The notes under the pieces are model-generated. The model saw only the letters and a program-made list of their open reading frames with translations. It was not told the origin of the DNA and did not search any database. Position numbers and translations under genes: made by a program. A stretch of DNA of 63,174 bases, filler included, from Squatina squatina (Eukaryota), in assembly GCA_031763465.1 (NCBI GenBank). It is 4 parts of 3 records of this genome, joined end to end, with 100 filler letters (N's around TTAATTAATTAA, not from the genome) between each part and the next. Parts side by side here need not be neighbours in the genome. Positions count along the whole stretch, not along the records: positions 48,243 to 63,174 come from JARFOE010000057.1; 3 more parts are not named here. One strand, 5' to 3'. Below, piece by piece: positions 63,121 through 63,174 of this stretch (positions within the stretch are counted from its first letter, which is position 1; each line of letters begins with the position of its first letter).

Positions 63121-63129
63121 GAACCTGGG

Positions 63130-63174
63130 TACAAAGTCAGCATGGATTTACAAAAGGAAAATCATGCTTGACAA
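63130..63174 (+). mobile_element. CR1 RT fragment at window edge
   Basis: QSQHGFTKGKSCLT, homologous to 997-1043. Confidence 0.75.

Overview
This is vertebrate genomic DNA. The repeat content (DeuSINE/SacSINE1-like SINEs, CR1, L2 and RTE LINEs, Penelope-type termini, PIF/Harbinger relics) points to a cartilaginous fish. It is a heavily gapped draft with many exactly 100-N gaps, and it is not one locus: three artificial 44N-TTAATTAATTAA-44N linkers (17833-17932, 35874-35973, 48143-48242) join four separate pieces. Piece A (1-17832) has no gene I can name. Piece B (17933-35873) has + strand exons of PHKA1 (last two), HDAC8 (four internal) and RPS4X (last two), in the same order as human Xq13.1. 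Piece C (35974-48142) has one short minus-strand alternative first coding exon of KCNIP4 that the ORF track misses. Piece D (48243-63174) has two exons of a GGNBP1-like gene, then the promoter and three coding exons of ITPR3, with a ~2.4 kb 22-bp minisatellite in intron 1. The best leads are two copies of a minimal hammerhead ribozyme in a Penelope-type terminal repeat, an apparently intact GGNBP1 orthologue (pseudogenised in human), and two ~35-bp retro-insertions with perfect 13-bp target-site duplications. The decayed parts of a PIF/Harbinger system (transposase, Myb/SANT partner, MITEs) are also present. I found nothing I can support as a wholly new biological system. Gene names rest on recalled reference protein sequences and should be confirmed by BLAST.
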